Source: a virus (taxonomy: Duplodnaviria; Caudoviricetes). From it: a stretch of 64,000 bases of DNA. Shown here in pieces: positions 10,527 through 19,857 of the stretch (the stretch's first letter is position 1; the number at the start of each line of letters is the position of its first letter). A program made the position numbers and the translations under genes. The stretch lies in IMG/VR virus record IMGVR_UViG_3300046804_003398; one strand, written 5' to 3'. The notes under the pieces were generated by a model that was not told the DNA's origin, ran no database searches, and saw only the letters and a program-made list of their open reading frames with translations.

Positions 10527-10559
10527 AACAAAAAACCCCGGCTTTTTAGGGCCGGGGTC
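10527..10559 (-). terminator. intrinsic terminator after tail sheath gene
   Basis: ACCCCGGC-CCTAAAAA-GCCGGGGT hairpin followed by TTTTTGTTT on the minus strand. Confidence 0.9.
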
Positions 10560-10579
10560 TTGATTTAGTTTACTCTAGG

Positions 10580-13500
10580 TTATTCACCGAAAGTAGCACC
10601 AGTTGGCAGAATGTTGAAGTCAAGCAATATGAATTCAGCAGTTCTGGTTGGTTGAATGAAGATTTGACCGTAAAGAATATTTCGATCAATCAAGTCAGGA
10701 GTATTGTTTTCAGCATCCATCTTAACTTGGTAAGCATAGATACCGTTACGTTGTTGAACACTCTCCAAGTATGGATTGACGATACTCAAGAAACGGTTAC
10801 GTGTAGCAGCTACGTTTTGTTCGAAGACCAAGTAGTTGCTTGAACTTGCGATAAACTTCTTCAAGTTGATCAACAAGCGACGAACATTCACACGATCCAA
10901 GGCACTTGGTTGGATTTGAAGAGTCTTTTGACCCCAAACCACGATACCTTGACCTGGGAATGCGGCGATTGGATTGACACGGTTCTCATAGAGAGTGTCA
11001 CGTTCAGCATGAGTCAATCTGTCAAGAACTTGAACAGCTTGTGGGATTCCACCACGGTTTAGACCGGCTGGAGCATACCATTCAGCAGCTGCGTTGTCGT
11101 TAGCGGCATAAACCGATGGCAACACCACAGAAGGTGGAACACTGATAATCTTGTTCAAGTTAGTGTCGAGGATCTTGACCCATGGGTAGTAAGTTGCGAC
11201 GTAGTTACTATCAATTGTAGCAACCGTGTTGATTGCGGCATTGATCAAACCTACGCTTTGGTTACTTGCTGGGAACACCACGTTATCCATGATGTAGAAA
11301 CAATCTCCACGAGCTTCACACATATCAATGGTGATCTCGGTGACATAGCTGTGTTGTTCACGGAAGATACCTGGCAACACGATCAAGTTGATATCAAACT
11401 CATCGGCGTTACCGAGAGCAGTGATACATTGCTTGTATGCGATACTACCTGGGCTTGTAATGTTTGTGCAATCCAAACCTTGGGTATTACCAGCAGTGAT
11501 GTCAGATCCAACGTTGATTGGAATTGCTGGCCATTGACCATCAAATCCACCTTGGAATCCAACCACGAACTTACGAAGTCTTACATAAGTAGATTCGTTG
11601 ACTGGATCGTATACTGAAGGAATACTACCACTCAAACTTGGAGCGAGCAACGAGCCTGTGCTTGCTGCTACACCTTGAGCATAGTATGAACAATCAGCTG
11701 TTCCCCATACCTTGGCTTCAAGATCGAAGTCGATGTTTTCACCGTTTTGATCTGCACCACCGTAGTATGGAAGTGGCTTGAAGTATTGCTTTGTATCGTT
11801 CTCAATACCAACTCCGAACGAAGCGGTAGGATATAGAGCAGCGATTTCAGCTCCACTTTCTGGAACTTCACCGAACACTGTTCCCGATGGATACTTACCA
11901 GGTCCAAGACCATAGATAGATGCCTTACTGTAACGAACTGCTGGCAACAAGTTACCAAGAGTTCCGTCTACTGGAGTTGAATATGATTCGAAACCGTATG
12001 GAACAACCGATTGTGGGTATGCCACATCAGTCATTTCAATACGAACATACTTACTCAAGTTTACGTAAGTTCCGTATTCTACGATCTTACTGGTGTTCGT
12101 AATGTAAGCATAACGATCACCAATACGACGTGCAACAAAGTTTGCACTGTCTGGATCAAGGTTCAAGTTTTGGAAGATTTCGAGATACTTAGGACGCTTG
12201 TCAGTGTCACTGTAAGCACGAACAGCAAGAGTGAATGAACCCCAGTTGCTGCCTGGAACAGTTCCAGCCAACTTAACGTTGCTAATTTCGATCTTATACT
12301 TCTTGTTGCTCAAGCTACCGTCACTGAGAGTGTGAACCTTGAACAACTTGAACTTGGTAGGAACAGCAACTTCATCAGCGCTTCCCTTGAATGGAGCAAT
12401 TTGTTGACTGTAGATCCATGGTGTCTTAGCATTTGTGATAGCAAATTGCGAATCACCACTGTTAGGATCTAGTGAGTATTGATCCAAGAACTTCATAGAC
12501 TCACCAACACTGAATGAAGCAGATGGAGCAGTTGCTACTTGCAATCTCCAACCACCACCCTCAGCATTTGGACGGGTCTTTTCAGCAATGAACTTCTTGA
12601 TGGTATCTTCGAAGAGGATGTAGTTATAAGCAGCCTCAACCTTTTGACCAGCAATTTGCTTAGAAGGATTACCAACTGTTGGATCAATTCCGAATACGTC
12701 CTTGATGTAGTTGTTGTCGTCTTCATTCAAACTGAAGTCATAGTAACCATAGGTTCCGTCAGAAACGTTACCATTGGTGTCAGTCCAGTTGTATCTCAAG
12801 ATAAGTTGATAAACGTTGTCGTTTGGATTTACAATACCTTGATATGGATATATTGAACTGGTCAATTGACTTACAGCAGAAGTATCGAATCCGTATACTT
12901 CATAATCGCTACTGAATTGTGTCGAAGCATTTTGGGTATTTGCCAAAACTGCTAACACAACTGGAGAACGACCAGTAGTAGATGGATTACATGGATCAGA
13001 TCCACCCGAGCCATCGGCTTCGAAGTTTCCTGTAAATGCTCCGTAAGAACCACTTACAAGACCCAAGAATCTCAATGCGGCACCGCAAGTTGCGGCACTA
13101 CGAACAGTGGCAAAACTACCACTCTTGACATACAATGTGCTTGTAGCATCAAATGTAGCTTGGTCATATGCCAATGTAATATTGGTTGTAGCACCACCAA
13201 TGTTCAACAAGCTTGAAGTCAACAAGAAGGAAACTTCAGTGCTTTCTTGAATTGCTCGAGCAATTTGTGTTTGTGGTGTAGCTGTGCTACTTCCTTGAGC
13301 ACTAGAACTCAAGAAGAAATACAAACCAGCAGAACCAGTAGGAGCCAAATGACCGCCATCATCGAAGTATCTGCTGAGTTGTGCAGTTTCCACTGTTCCA
13401 AGACTGACTTGTTTACCAGCATACAACTTACTACCACTCAAGTTACCAGTTCCATCATAGTTGGCTGGGAAATCACTGGTCAATGCGGCACTACCAAATC

Positions 13501-14551
13501 TTGCATTGATACTACCACTAATTGTCAAGTATGAACAATCAAATGTTGGATAAAGGTGAGGAGAAAATGTAGTGTTTGCACCAGTTTCTCTGTGAGAACA
13601 CAACTTTGCATTTGCACCAACACTTGTATCCAATACTACGAATGGGAACTTGACTTGTTGATTATTGATCTTAGTTACCGAAGCGGTCAAATAAGATCCA
13701 GATCCGGCTGGGAATCCATCAACAACATTACCTGTGATATCACTATCTATCAAAATAGATGTGAAAGCACCAGAACCGGACTTGAAAATATATCCGTTTG
13801 GTGCCCATTGTGTGACATCAAACCATGCCAAAGCATAGTCAGAACCACCACCTGAAGGAGTTACCTTTAGACCTGCATCAACAATCGAAGCACTAAATGC
13901 TGAATCAGCATTGTATGTGGTCAAACTTACCAACTTATAAGCATCTTTCAATGCTACAAGAGAAGCAGACAAACTGTTGATGTCTGGCAAACTTGAATTT
14001 GCACCAACGAAATCAGCAATTTCTTGATTTGTAGTGTTAGAACCTGTGATCCAGATACCTGCGAGAGGGTTTGTTCTAGTTAGAGCGTTTGGTTGAATTT
14101 CCCATGATGATGCACTGTGAACATATTGAATGTTCGCAGTATAGTCATCACTGTTCAAATACATGAACGAAGCAGTGGTCAAAGCACCAATGTCTGCAGT
14201 TCTCAACCATTGACCTGGCTCAGCATAAACCACCAATGGGTTCTTTTGCCAGTAACCAGTCAATCCACCAACACGGACGATAGTTACAACGCCTTGTTGA
14301 ATGAGATATTCTTTTGCAGTGTAGGGACCGTAGTATACACCGTCAGCAATACCGAAACGTTGTTCTAGTGTTGCTACGTCAGTTATAATATTTGGGTAAA
14401 ACGCAGGTCCGTCAGCAAACGGAGCCACGATTGCACCACCGATGTTGGCTACGCCTTGGGCTAGCCCCGATAAGTCATTTTCTCTGGTGAATACACCAGG
14501 ACTTACTATTTGTTGTGTTGGACTCCAACGTCCACCTTCTTGAATTGGCAT
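10580..14551 (-). CDS. gp18: contractile tail sheath protein (T4 gp18-like) with large insertion
   Basis: N-terminal SPGVFTREND; C-terminal WYAPAGLNRG, LYENRVNPIAAFPGQGIVVWGQKTLQ, LDRVNVRRLL and IQPTRTAEFILLDF. Confidence 0.96.
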   Translation of the reverse strand: MPIQEGGRWSPTQQIVSPGVFTRENDLSGLAQGVANIGGAIVAPFADGPAFYPNIITDVATLEQRFGIADGVYYGPYTAKEYLIQQGVVTIVRVGGLTGYWQKNPLVVYAEPGQWLRTADIGALTTASFMYLNSDDYTANIQYVHSASSWEIQPNALTRTNPLAGIWITGSNTTNQEIADFVGANSSLPDINSLSASLVALKDAYKLVSLTTYNADSAFSASIVDAGLKVTPSGGGSDYALAWFDVTQWAPNGYIFKSGSGAFTSILIDSDITGNVVDGFPAGSGSYLTASVTKINNQQVKFPFVVLDTSVGANAKLCSHRETGANTTFSPHLYPTFDCSYLTISGSINARFGSAALTSDFPANYDGTGNLSGSKLYAGKQVSLGTVETAQLSRYFDDGGHLAPTGSAGLYFFLSSSAQGSSTATPQTQIARAIQESTEVSFLLTSSLLNIGGATTNITLAYDQATFDATSTLYVKSGSFATVRSAATCGAALRFLGLVSGSYGAFTGNFEADGSGGSDPCNPSTTGRSPVVLAVLANTQNASTQFSSDYEVYGFDTSAVSQLTSSIYPYQGIVNPNDNVYQLILRYNWTDTNGNVSDGTYGYYDFSLNEDDNNYIKDVFGIDPTVGNPSKQIAGQKVEAAYNYILFEDTIKKFIAEKTRPNAEGGGWRLQVATAPSASFSVGESMKFLDQYSLDPNSGDSQFAITNAKTPWIYSQQIAPFKGSADEVAVPTKFKLFKVHTLSDGSLSNKKYKIEISNVKLAGTVPGSNWGSFTLAVRAYSDTDKRPKYLEIFQNLNLDPDSANFVARRIGDRYAYITNTSKIVEYGTYVNLSKYVRIEMTDVAYPQSVVPYGFESYSTPVDGTLGNLLPAVRYSKASIYGLGPGKYPSGTVFGEVPESGAEIAALYPTASFGVGIENDTKQYFKPLPYYGGADQNGENIDFDLEAKVWGTADCSYYAQGVAASTGSLLAPSLSGSIPSVYDPVNESTYVRLRKFVVGFQGGFDGQWPAIPINVGSDITAGNTQGLDCTNITSPGSIAYKQCITALGNADEFDINLIVLPGIFREQHSYVTEITIDMCEARGDCFYIMDNVVFPASNQSVGLINAAINTVATIDSNYVATYYPWVKILDTNLNKIISVPPSVVLPSVYAANDNAAAEWYAPAGLNRGGIPQAVQVLDRLTHAERDTLYENRVNPIAAFPGQGIVVWGQKTLQIQPSALDRVNVRRLLINLKKFIASSSNYLVFEQNVAATRNRFLSIVNPYLESVQQRNGIYAYQVKMDAENNTPDLIDRNILYGQIFIQPTRTAEFILLDFNILPTGATFGE

Positions 14552-14664
14552 AATTTATGTTCCTTTCAGAGTGTCAACTTAACTTTTCCAAAAGTTATGT
14601 TTACTTTATAAATATTGCCAAAAAAGTGGAACACCTAACTATTTATATCCTCTTTAACTTTTTT

Positions 14665-17600
14665 TCACCGAAAATCGATCTTGCTATACCCATTTTCTTT
14701 TTTGATCTCTAGTTGTTGATCAACCATGTCTCTCATTTGATCAAGATGGCTGATAATCCAAATAAACTCAAACTGGTGTTTCAAATATGTAAATAGAGCA
14801 CCCATCTGTCCCAAATGATCACTATCAGCACATCCAAATCCTTCGTCAATACAAATAATATTGGGTCTAGGTAGATTACTAATATTAATCAAAGCAACTC
14901 TGATTGCCAATCCACTCACAAACTTCTCCATACCACTAGCCATTTCAAGAGGCCAACGTTTATCATCATAAACAATGTTGGTCATGATGTTTTTACCGTC
15001 AGTTTGTAGAGTAACACTAAACTCAACAATCTGATGAAGAATATTGTTAACTTCTTTCTCAATCTCTGGCAATGTCTTGGAAATAACATCATATGGAATA
15101 CCGTCACGACTAATAATTGCGGTATACAACTTGTAAGCTTCATATGAAGACTCCAACTCCTTTACCTTATTCAATTGATCGGTAGTATTCTTATATTGAA
15201 GTTCCAACTTACCCTTTTCGGTAGAAGCAGTGAACAATTTTGAATTCACAAACTTAATCTGAGTTTCAATATCCTTGATAAAAGACTTGTGTTCATCAAT
15301 TTGATCCAACAACTTCTGATTGTTTTCAATAGTATCCTTATTCTTATAGAAACTATCAATTGCATCAACAATATCCTTCAACTTGTTTTGCAACGTAATC
15401 AAATAGTTTTCATCACGTAGTATTGCCGTATTGATAACACCACGCTTCTTTTCCAGTTTGACTCTATCATTATTTAGACTCTGACAATTTTTATATCTAG
15501 TCTCAATATCACCAAACTCTTCAACCTTAGACTTTAGAGTGTTGTATTCACCAATGATAGTAGTTGCATTGACCTTTTCATTTTCAAGATCTTGTTTGGT
15601 TGCAATAGCATCTTTTACGAACACGTTGTTGACGCAGTATTCACAATTAGGGTCATACTTATGTTCTTCAAGCTTCTTGAGTTTGTCAACCTTGGTCTTG
15701 ATAACATACTTCAATCGCTCAATTTCAGCCTGCTTTGATTCTTCAAGTTTCTTTGCATTCTTATACTCTTGATATGTAGTCTCAATGTTATCACAAGCCT
15801 TTAGAGAAGAACTCAACTGTGAAATCTCGGAGTCAGTCTCTTCCAACTTAGTCTTATTCTCAGAAATATCCAAAGTGAACTTGTTGACTTTTTCCTCATA
15901 ATCAATCTTATCTTTTTCAAGAGAAGTGATATCAACATACTTGACCGAATCCAGTTTAACAATGTTCTTGCTCAACTGTAGCAGTTCATTATTATGTTCA
16001 TCTTTCTTTAACTCCAATTCCTTCAACTCAACATTGAAAGAAGCGATGTTTTCCAAGTTGGTATTGATACTACCAGATATGGTAACAAGGTCTGCTTCCA
16101 ATTGATCTTTACTGATATTCTTCAATAGAGTATTGGTTTCCTTGAAGTTCTCGTTGGCAATATTATAGAGTTGATCAAAGATATTCAACCCCATGAATTG
16201 ACACAACAAGTCTTTACGTTCAGTCTGACCAAGATCAATAAAAGATCCAGCCTTACTGTTTTGAACACTCAACACAGTCAAAATAAAGTCATCGTATGTT
16301 CCAACATAGTCTCTGATAATATCATTGGTGCTTCTACGAGCTTCACCGTTCAAAGGCACTTCGTTACCATCCTTGTCAATCTTATAGAATTTGACATCTA
16401 CCTTGACACTACCCTTCTTATCAGCCTTACCTTCACGTTCGATGTAATAATCAACACCACTCACTTCAAAATTAAACTTACACTTGAAGCTCATCTTTTG
16501 AGTATTAAGAACGTGGCCAGCCTTGTATCCCTTACTGAACTTATCGAAGACACAAAATGCCAAAGCATCCATGATACTAGATTTACCACTAGCATTTGGA
16601 GCAAACAAACCAATAGTTCCCTTGAGTTTGGTAAAGTCAATATAATTACCTTCACCATAACTAAACATGTTGTCAAATTCAAAGGTCTTTGGCTTCCATC
16701 GAATATTCTTTGGAGTTTTGTCTTTAGGAATTTGAAGGTTGATATCCTTATTTAGATTCTTTACTTTCTCAATCAAGGCCTTATCGGTCTTTTTTGAAGT
16801 CAGTGTTTCTTCAATCAACTTGTTTTGATAATCAACATTGAAGATGTTATGAATATCAAGAACGTGATTTATCTTAGTAGAACTGTTATCAAATTCATCA
16901 ATACGAATAAAAGTTGATTCAAGAATCTCACACTTATCCTTAATTTCATTGATAACTTCTTTTACTTGTGAAGGAATAGATTCAAAACACTTGGTTCTGA
17001 TACGAGCCTTCTTGGGAATATCACTAATATCTGTTACCAACTTACCCTTGTTGATTTCGACAGTATAAAAACCATAGTCGTTTGCCAATTCATAGTGCTT
17101 GAACAACTTACGCTTTAGATCCCACAACAAAAATCCATGACCCTTGAGTTCTTCGCCGTGATTTTGTTGAATCATTGATCCAGCATACACAATCACTGGC
17201 TTATTTTCATCCTCGTTGTATTCTTGAAGTATCTGATGTTTGTGAATATCACCCAACATTGCGATGTGGTGACCGTCAAACAAATTATTCATGATGGTTC
17301 TGTTGCTGACAGTATAACCAACATCTGTCACGGCATCATTCACAGGTCCGTGGAATAGTGCGATGTGATGATCAGTTTCCACCTTATACCTTGAAGGAAT
17401 GGTGTAATAGTTGATATACTTATCTGGTTCATCAAATACACTAAAATGATTGAACAAAATATTCTCATATCTAAACACCTCACTAGGCTTTAGATAATAC
17501 AAATTGGGATGATTCAATGCTTCCACGATGGGAGTCAAACAATCCAATCGTGACTTATTAGCTAATGTAGCATCGTGGTTACCTGCAATCAAGATGGTAG

Positions 17601-17856
17601 GAACTCTATCCGCACAATTCTTCAAGAAGTCACTACCAATTTTGACACACTCTGGACTGAGGTCAGACTTGTTATGGAAAACGTCACCAGTAATAACACA
17701 AACCAAACTTGTGTTCTTTTTGAGTTTGTCCAAGACAGTATAAAAACGCTCGAATACAGAGGTATATTCGTCGTGCCTCTTTGTTAGACGAATGTGAATA
17801 TCAGATACCTGAACCACATTGTCTATACGTTGATCTGTGTTTTTTAATACTATCAT
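14665..17856 (-). CDS. fused SbcD/Mre11 nuclease + SbcC/Rad50 ATPase (gp47-gp46 fusion)
   Basis: N-terminal SDIH, GDVFH, GNHD and GDIHK metallophosphoesterase motifs; GLFAPNASGKSS Walker A, coiled coil with CEYC zinc hook, ASGME signature, ICIDEGFG Walker B. Confidence 0.93.
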   Translation of the reverse strand: MIVLKNTDQRIDNVVQVSDIHIRLTKRHDEYTSVFERFYTVLDKLKKNTSLVCVITGDVFHNKSDLSPECVKIGSDFLKNCADRVPTILIAGNHDATLANKSRLDCLTPIVEALNHPNLYYLKPSEVFRYENILFNHFSVFDEPDKYINYYTIPSRYKVETDHHIALFHGPVNDAVTDVGYTVSNRTIMNNLFDGHHIAMLGDIHKHQILQEYNEDENKPVIVYAGSMIQQNHGEELKGHGFLLWDLKRKLFKHYELANDYGFYTVEINKGKLVTDISDIPKKARIRTKCFESIPSQVKEVINEIKDKCEILESTFIRIDEFDNSSTKINHVLDIHNIFNVDYQNKLIEETLTSKKTDKALIEKVKNLNKDINLQIPKDKTPKNIRWKPKTFEFDNMFSYGEGNYIDFTKLKGTIGLFAPNASGKSSIMDALAFCVFDKFSKGYKAGHVLNTQKMSFKCKFNFEVSGVDYYIEREGKADKKGSVKVDVKFYKIDKDGNEVPLNGEARRSTNDIIRDYVGTYDDFILTVLSVQNSKAGSFIDLGQTERKDLLCQFMGLNIFDQLYNIANENFKETNTLLKNISKDQLEADLVTISGSINTNLENIASFNVELKELELKKDEHNNELLQLSKNIVKLDSVKYVDITSLEKDKIDYEEKVNKFTLDISENKTKLEETDSEISQLSSSLKACDNIETTYQEYKNAKKLEESKQAEIERLKYVIKTKVDKLKKLEEHKYDPNCEYCVNNVFVKDAIATKQDLENEKVNATTIIGEYNTLKSKVEEFGDIETRYKNCQSLNNDRVKLEKKRGVINTAILRDENYLITLQNKLKDIVDAIDSFYKNKDTIENNQKLLDQIDEHKSFIKDIETQIKFVNSKLFTASTEKGKLELQYKNTTDQLNKVKELESSYEAYKLYTAIISRDGIPYDVISKTLPEIEKEVNNILHQIVEFSVTLQTDGKNIMTNIVYDDKRWPLEMASGMEKFVSGLAIRVALINISNLPRPNIICIDEGFGCADSDHLGQMGALFTYLKHQFEFIWIISHLDQMRDMVDQQLEIKKENGYSKIDFR

Positions 17857-18764
17857 ATCTTATGTTTAATTTTCAATTTGAATAAATCGCTTTCAGAGAT
17901 CTTAACACTGGCATCTATGGCTTTCCAAGTATTTTTATGTCCGATTTCGTTTGGATCTTTACCGTTTAACAAAATCAAGTGTGCATCAATTCCATTACAA
18001 ACCAAGAATTGACAAATATCCAAACTGTTTTTAATCGCATCATTGTCCAACAACACATTGACCCTCGGAGGTTTTTGTGACGACAACTTGGCTTTTAATT
18101 TGTTAGACAACGTTTTACCAAACAATGGAATCACATTGTATTTCACCGAAAATGCGTCAAACACACCTTCCACTAAAGTTACAGGCTTACTAAAGTCGGT
18201 GAACATTTCAAATCCAACAATATCCTTGGTCGAGTCACACAATCTATACTTCATCTTGCTTTCATAGATGTCTCGACCACAATAAAAGTTTAGTTCACCC
18301 GTTGCAGAATATGACGGAACCACAACTCTGTTTTTGAATTGACCGTCAGAACAATATCCGATGTTGTATCGAATCATATCGTAAACCGACAGACCACGTT
18401 TAAAACAATAGTTCAAAGCGTGTTTGTGCGTAACATCCGAACTAGCCTTATACAAGGGTTTGAATTCAGACGGAAGTTGTAACTTTTTGATTTCGGATTT
18501 GATTGTTTTTGGAGCCTTTATTTTGCACAACGACTCATAGAACTCCGCCGGAGCTTTGATCTTGTTTAGAAGACTCTTGAATCCTTTACCACTAAAATTA
18601 CAAACCCAACAATGATAATAACCAGTTGTGGTGTTTACGTTTAACTTTCTTTTATAGTGATTACAATTAGGACAAAAAAACATCAACTCCGTTCCGCCCT
18701 TTTGGACAGACGGTTTGTGTTTAAACAGTCTTGTAAGTGTATCTATAACAGAAGTCTCTACCAT
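17853..18764 (-). CDS. DNA primase-like protein (zinc finger + TOPRIM)
   Basis: CPNC...HCWVC zinc finger; LVEGVFDA and LLDNDA TOPRIM motifs. Confidence 0.88.
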   Translation of the reverse strand: MVETSVIDTLTRLFKHKPSVQKGGTELMFFCPNCNHYKRKLNVNTTTGYYHCWVCNFSGKGFKSLLNKIKAPAEFYESLCKIKAPKTIKSEIKKLQLPSEFKPLYKASSDVTHKHALNYCFKRGLSVYDMIRYNIGYCSDGQFKNRVVVPSYSATGELNFYCGRDIYESKMKYRLCDSTKDIVGFEMFTDFSKPVTLVEGVFDAFSVKYNVIPLFGKTLSNKLKAKLSSQKPPRVNVLLDNDAIKNSLDICQFLVCNGIDAHLILLNGKDPNEIGHKNTWKAIDASVKISESDLFKLKIKHKI

Positions 18765-18776
18765 ACGTCACTTCAG

Positions 18777-18804
18777 ATACTACACGACGAATCGGAAGAT
18801 TCAA
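18777..18804 (-). promoter_or_regulatory. sigma70-like promoter TTGAAT-N16-TAGTAT upstream of primase
   Basis: Hexamers and 16-bp spacer read directly; same architecture as six other sites in the window. Confidence 0.55.
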
Positions 18805-18808
18805 CTTT

Positions 18809-19327
18809 TTATTTTTCGACATACATTGCGCACACAATTCCATCATACATGTCGCTATTTCGTTCGTCCCAATTTCCCTTCTTATTTTTAACAGTAAACT
18901 TGGTGACGTTCGGCATCAATTTTTCCAACTCTTCTTTTACAAACTCTTTTGGTTTGATGCCCTTGACACGACACTTACCAAACAAATGTTTACGCATTGT
19001 AGTGACCGATAAAAGATTTACTTTCGTCTTGAAATGTTCTTCAATGATGTAAGCAAATACAGCGTTGTGTCTGGCTAGAGTTATAATAACTTGTTGTGAA
19101 GTAAACCCGCCTGCAAAACCACTTAGAGCAGCTTCAAGATTAATATGATCCACCTTTTTTATAAGTGGCACCTTTTCCAATTCTGAAATTACATGAAACG
19201 TTTTTTCTTTGGTAGTTTCGAACTTTTTTGTGTCAATAAATCCCGCTTGTTCGATCTTACCGTCAACGTTAAATGCCCATCCAGTTACAGATGTTGAAGA
19301 ATCTAAACCCAGTATAACCATTAACAA
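18809..19327 (-). CDS. RuvC-like Holliday junction resolvase
   Basis: ILGLDSST, INLEA and DMYDGIVCA acidic triad of the RNase H fold; likely start 19321. Confidence 0.8.
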   Translation of the reverse strand: MLMVILGLDSSTSVTGWAFNVDGKIEQAGFIDTKKFETTKEKTFHVISELEKVPLIKKVDHINLEAALSGFAGGFTSQQVIITLARHNAVFAYIIEEHFKTKVNLLSVTTMRKHLFGKCRVKGIKPKEFVKEELEKLMPNVTKFTVKNKKGNWDERNSDMYDGIVCAMYVEK

Positions 19328-19335
19328 TAGATATA

Positions 19336-19824
19336 TTAACGGGTAAACTTGCCATTAATATATTTGTTGGAATTGAATCCCTTCAAATAGATAGAAAGCT
19401 GCTTGGATTGATTTCCAGTAGCATCTTTGAACTGAGTAGCTCCAGTTGGAGTATTTGTAACAAAGCCTGGGTCAACGGTATACAACGAATCCTTGATTGA
19501 AGATCCTCCGTTCCAGTTTGTAGCAATCTTGTTTACACCATTGGTGATCACTGGACCCAATCTGGTATTATCACTATAATTGAGTGCGCTCTTATTGAAA
19601 TTCTCAGTGCCAGTTGTTACCTTTGTCAAAAATCCCTTACTAATAGTCCAATCTCTATCAGCAGTGCTACCACCAAGAGACAATTCATTAGATCCTTGAG
19701 TCTTTACGTTCTTTTGAACTGGTTGGTAAGCACCACCAGCAGCTTGACCAGACAAATATCTGTCTGCCAAACTCTTGTTTGATGATTCACGGTCAATTAT
19801 TTTGCTGTCAGATAGAGTTGCCAT
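19336..19824 (-). CDS. hypothetical protein
   Basis: 162-aa ORF with ATATTTAT motif at 19848-19855. Confidence 0.75.
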   Translation of the reverse strand: MATLSDSKIIDRESSNKSLADRYLSGQAAGGAYQPVQKNVKTQGSNELSLGGSTADRDWTISKGFLTKVTTGTENFNKSALNYSDNTRLGPVITNGVNKIATNWNGGSSIKDSLYTVDPGFVTNTPTGATQFKDATGNQSKQLSIYLKGFNSNKYINGKFTR

Positions 19825-19857
19825 ATGATTTTATGTCGCTTTATATAATAAATATGG

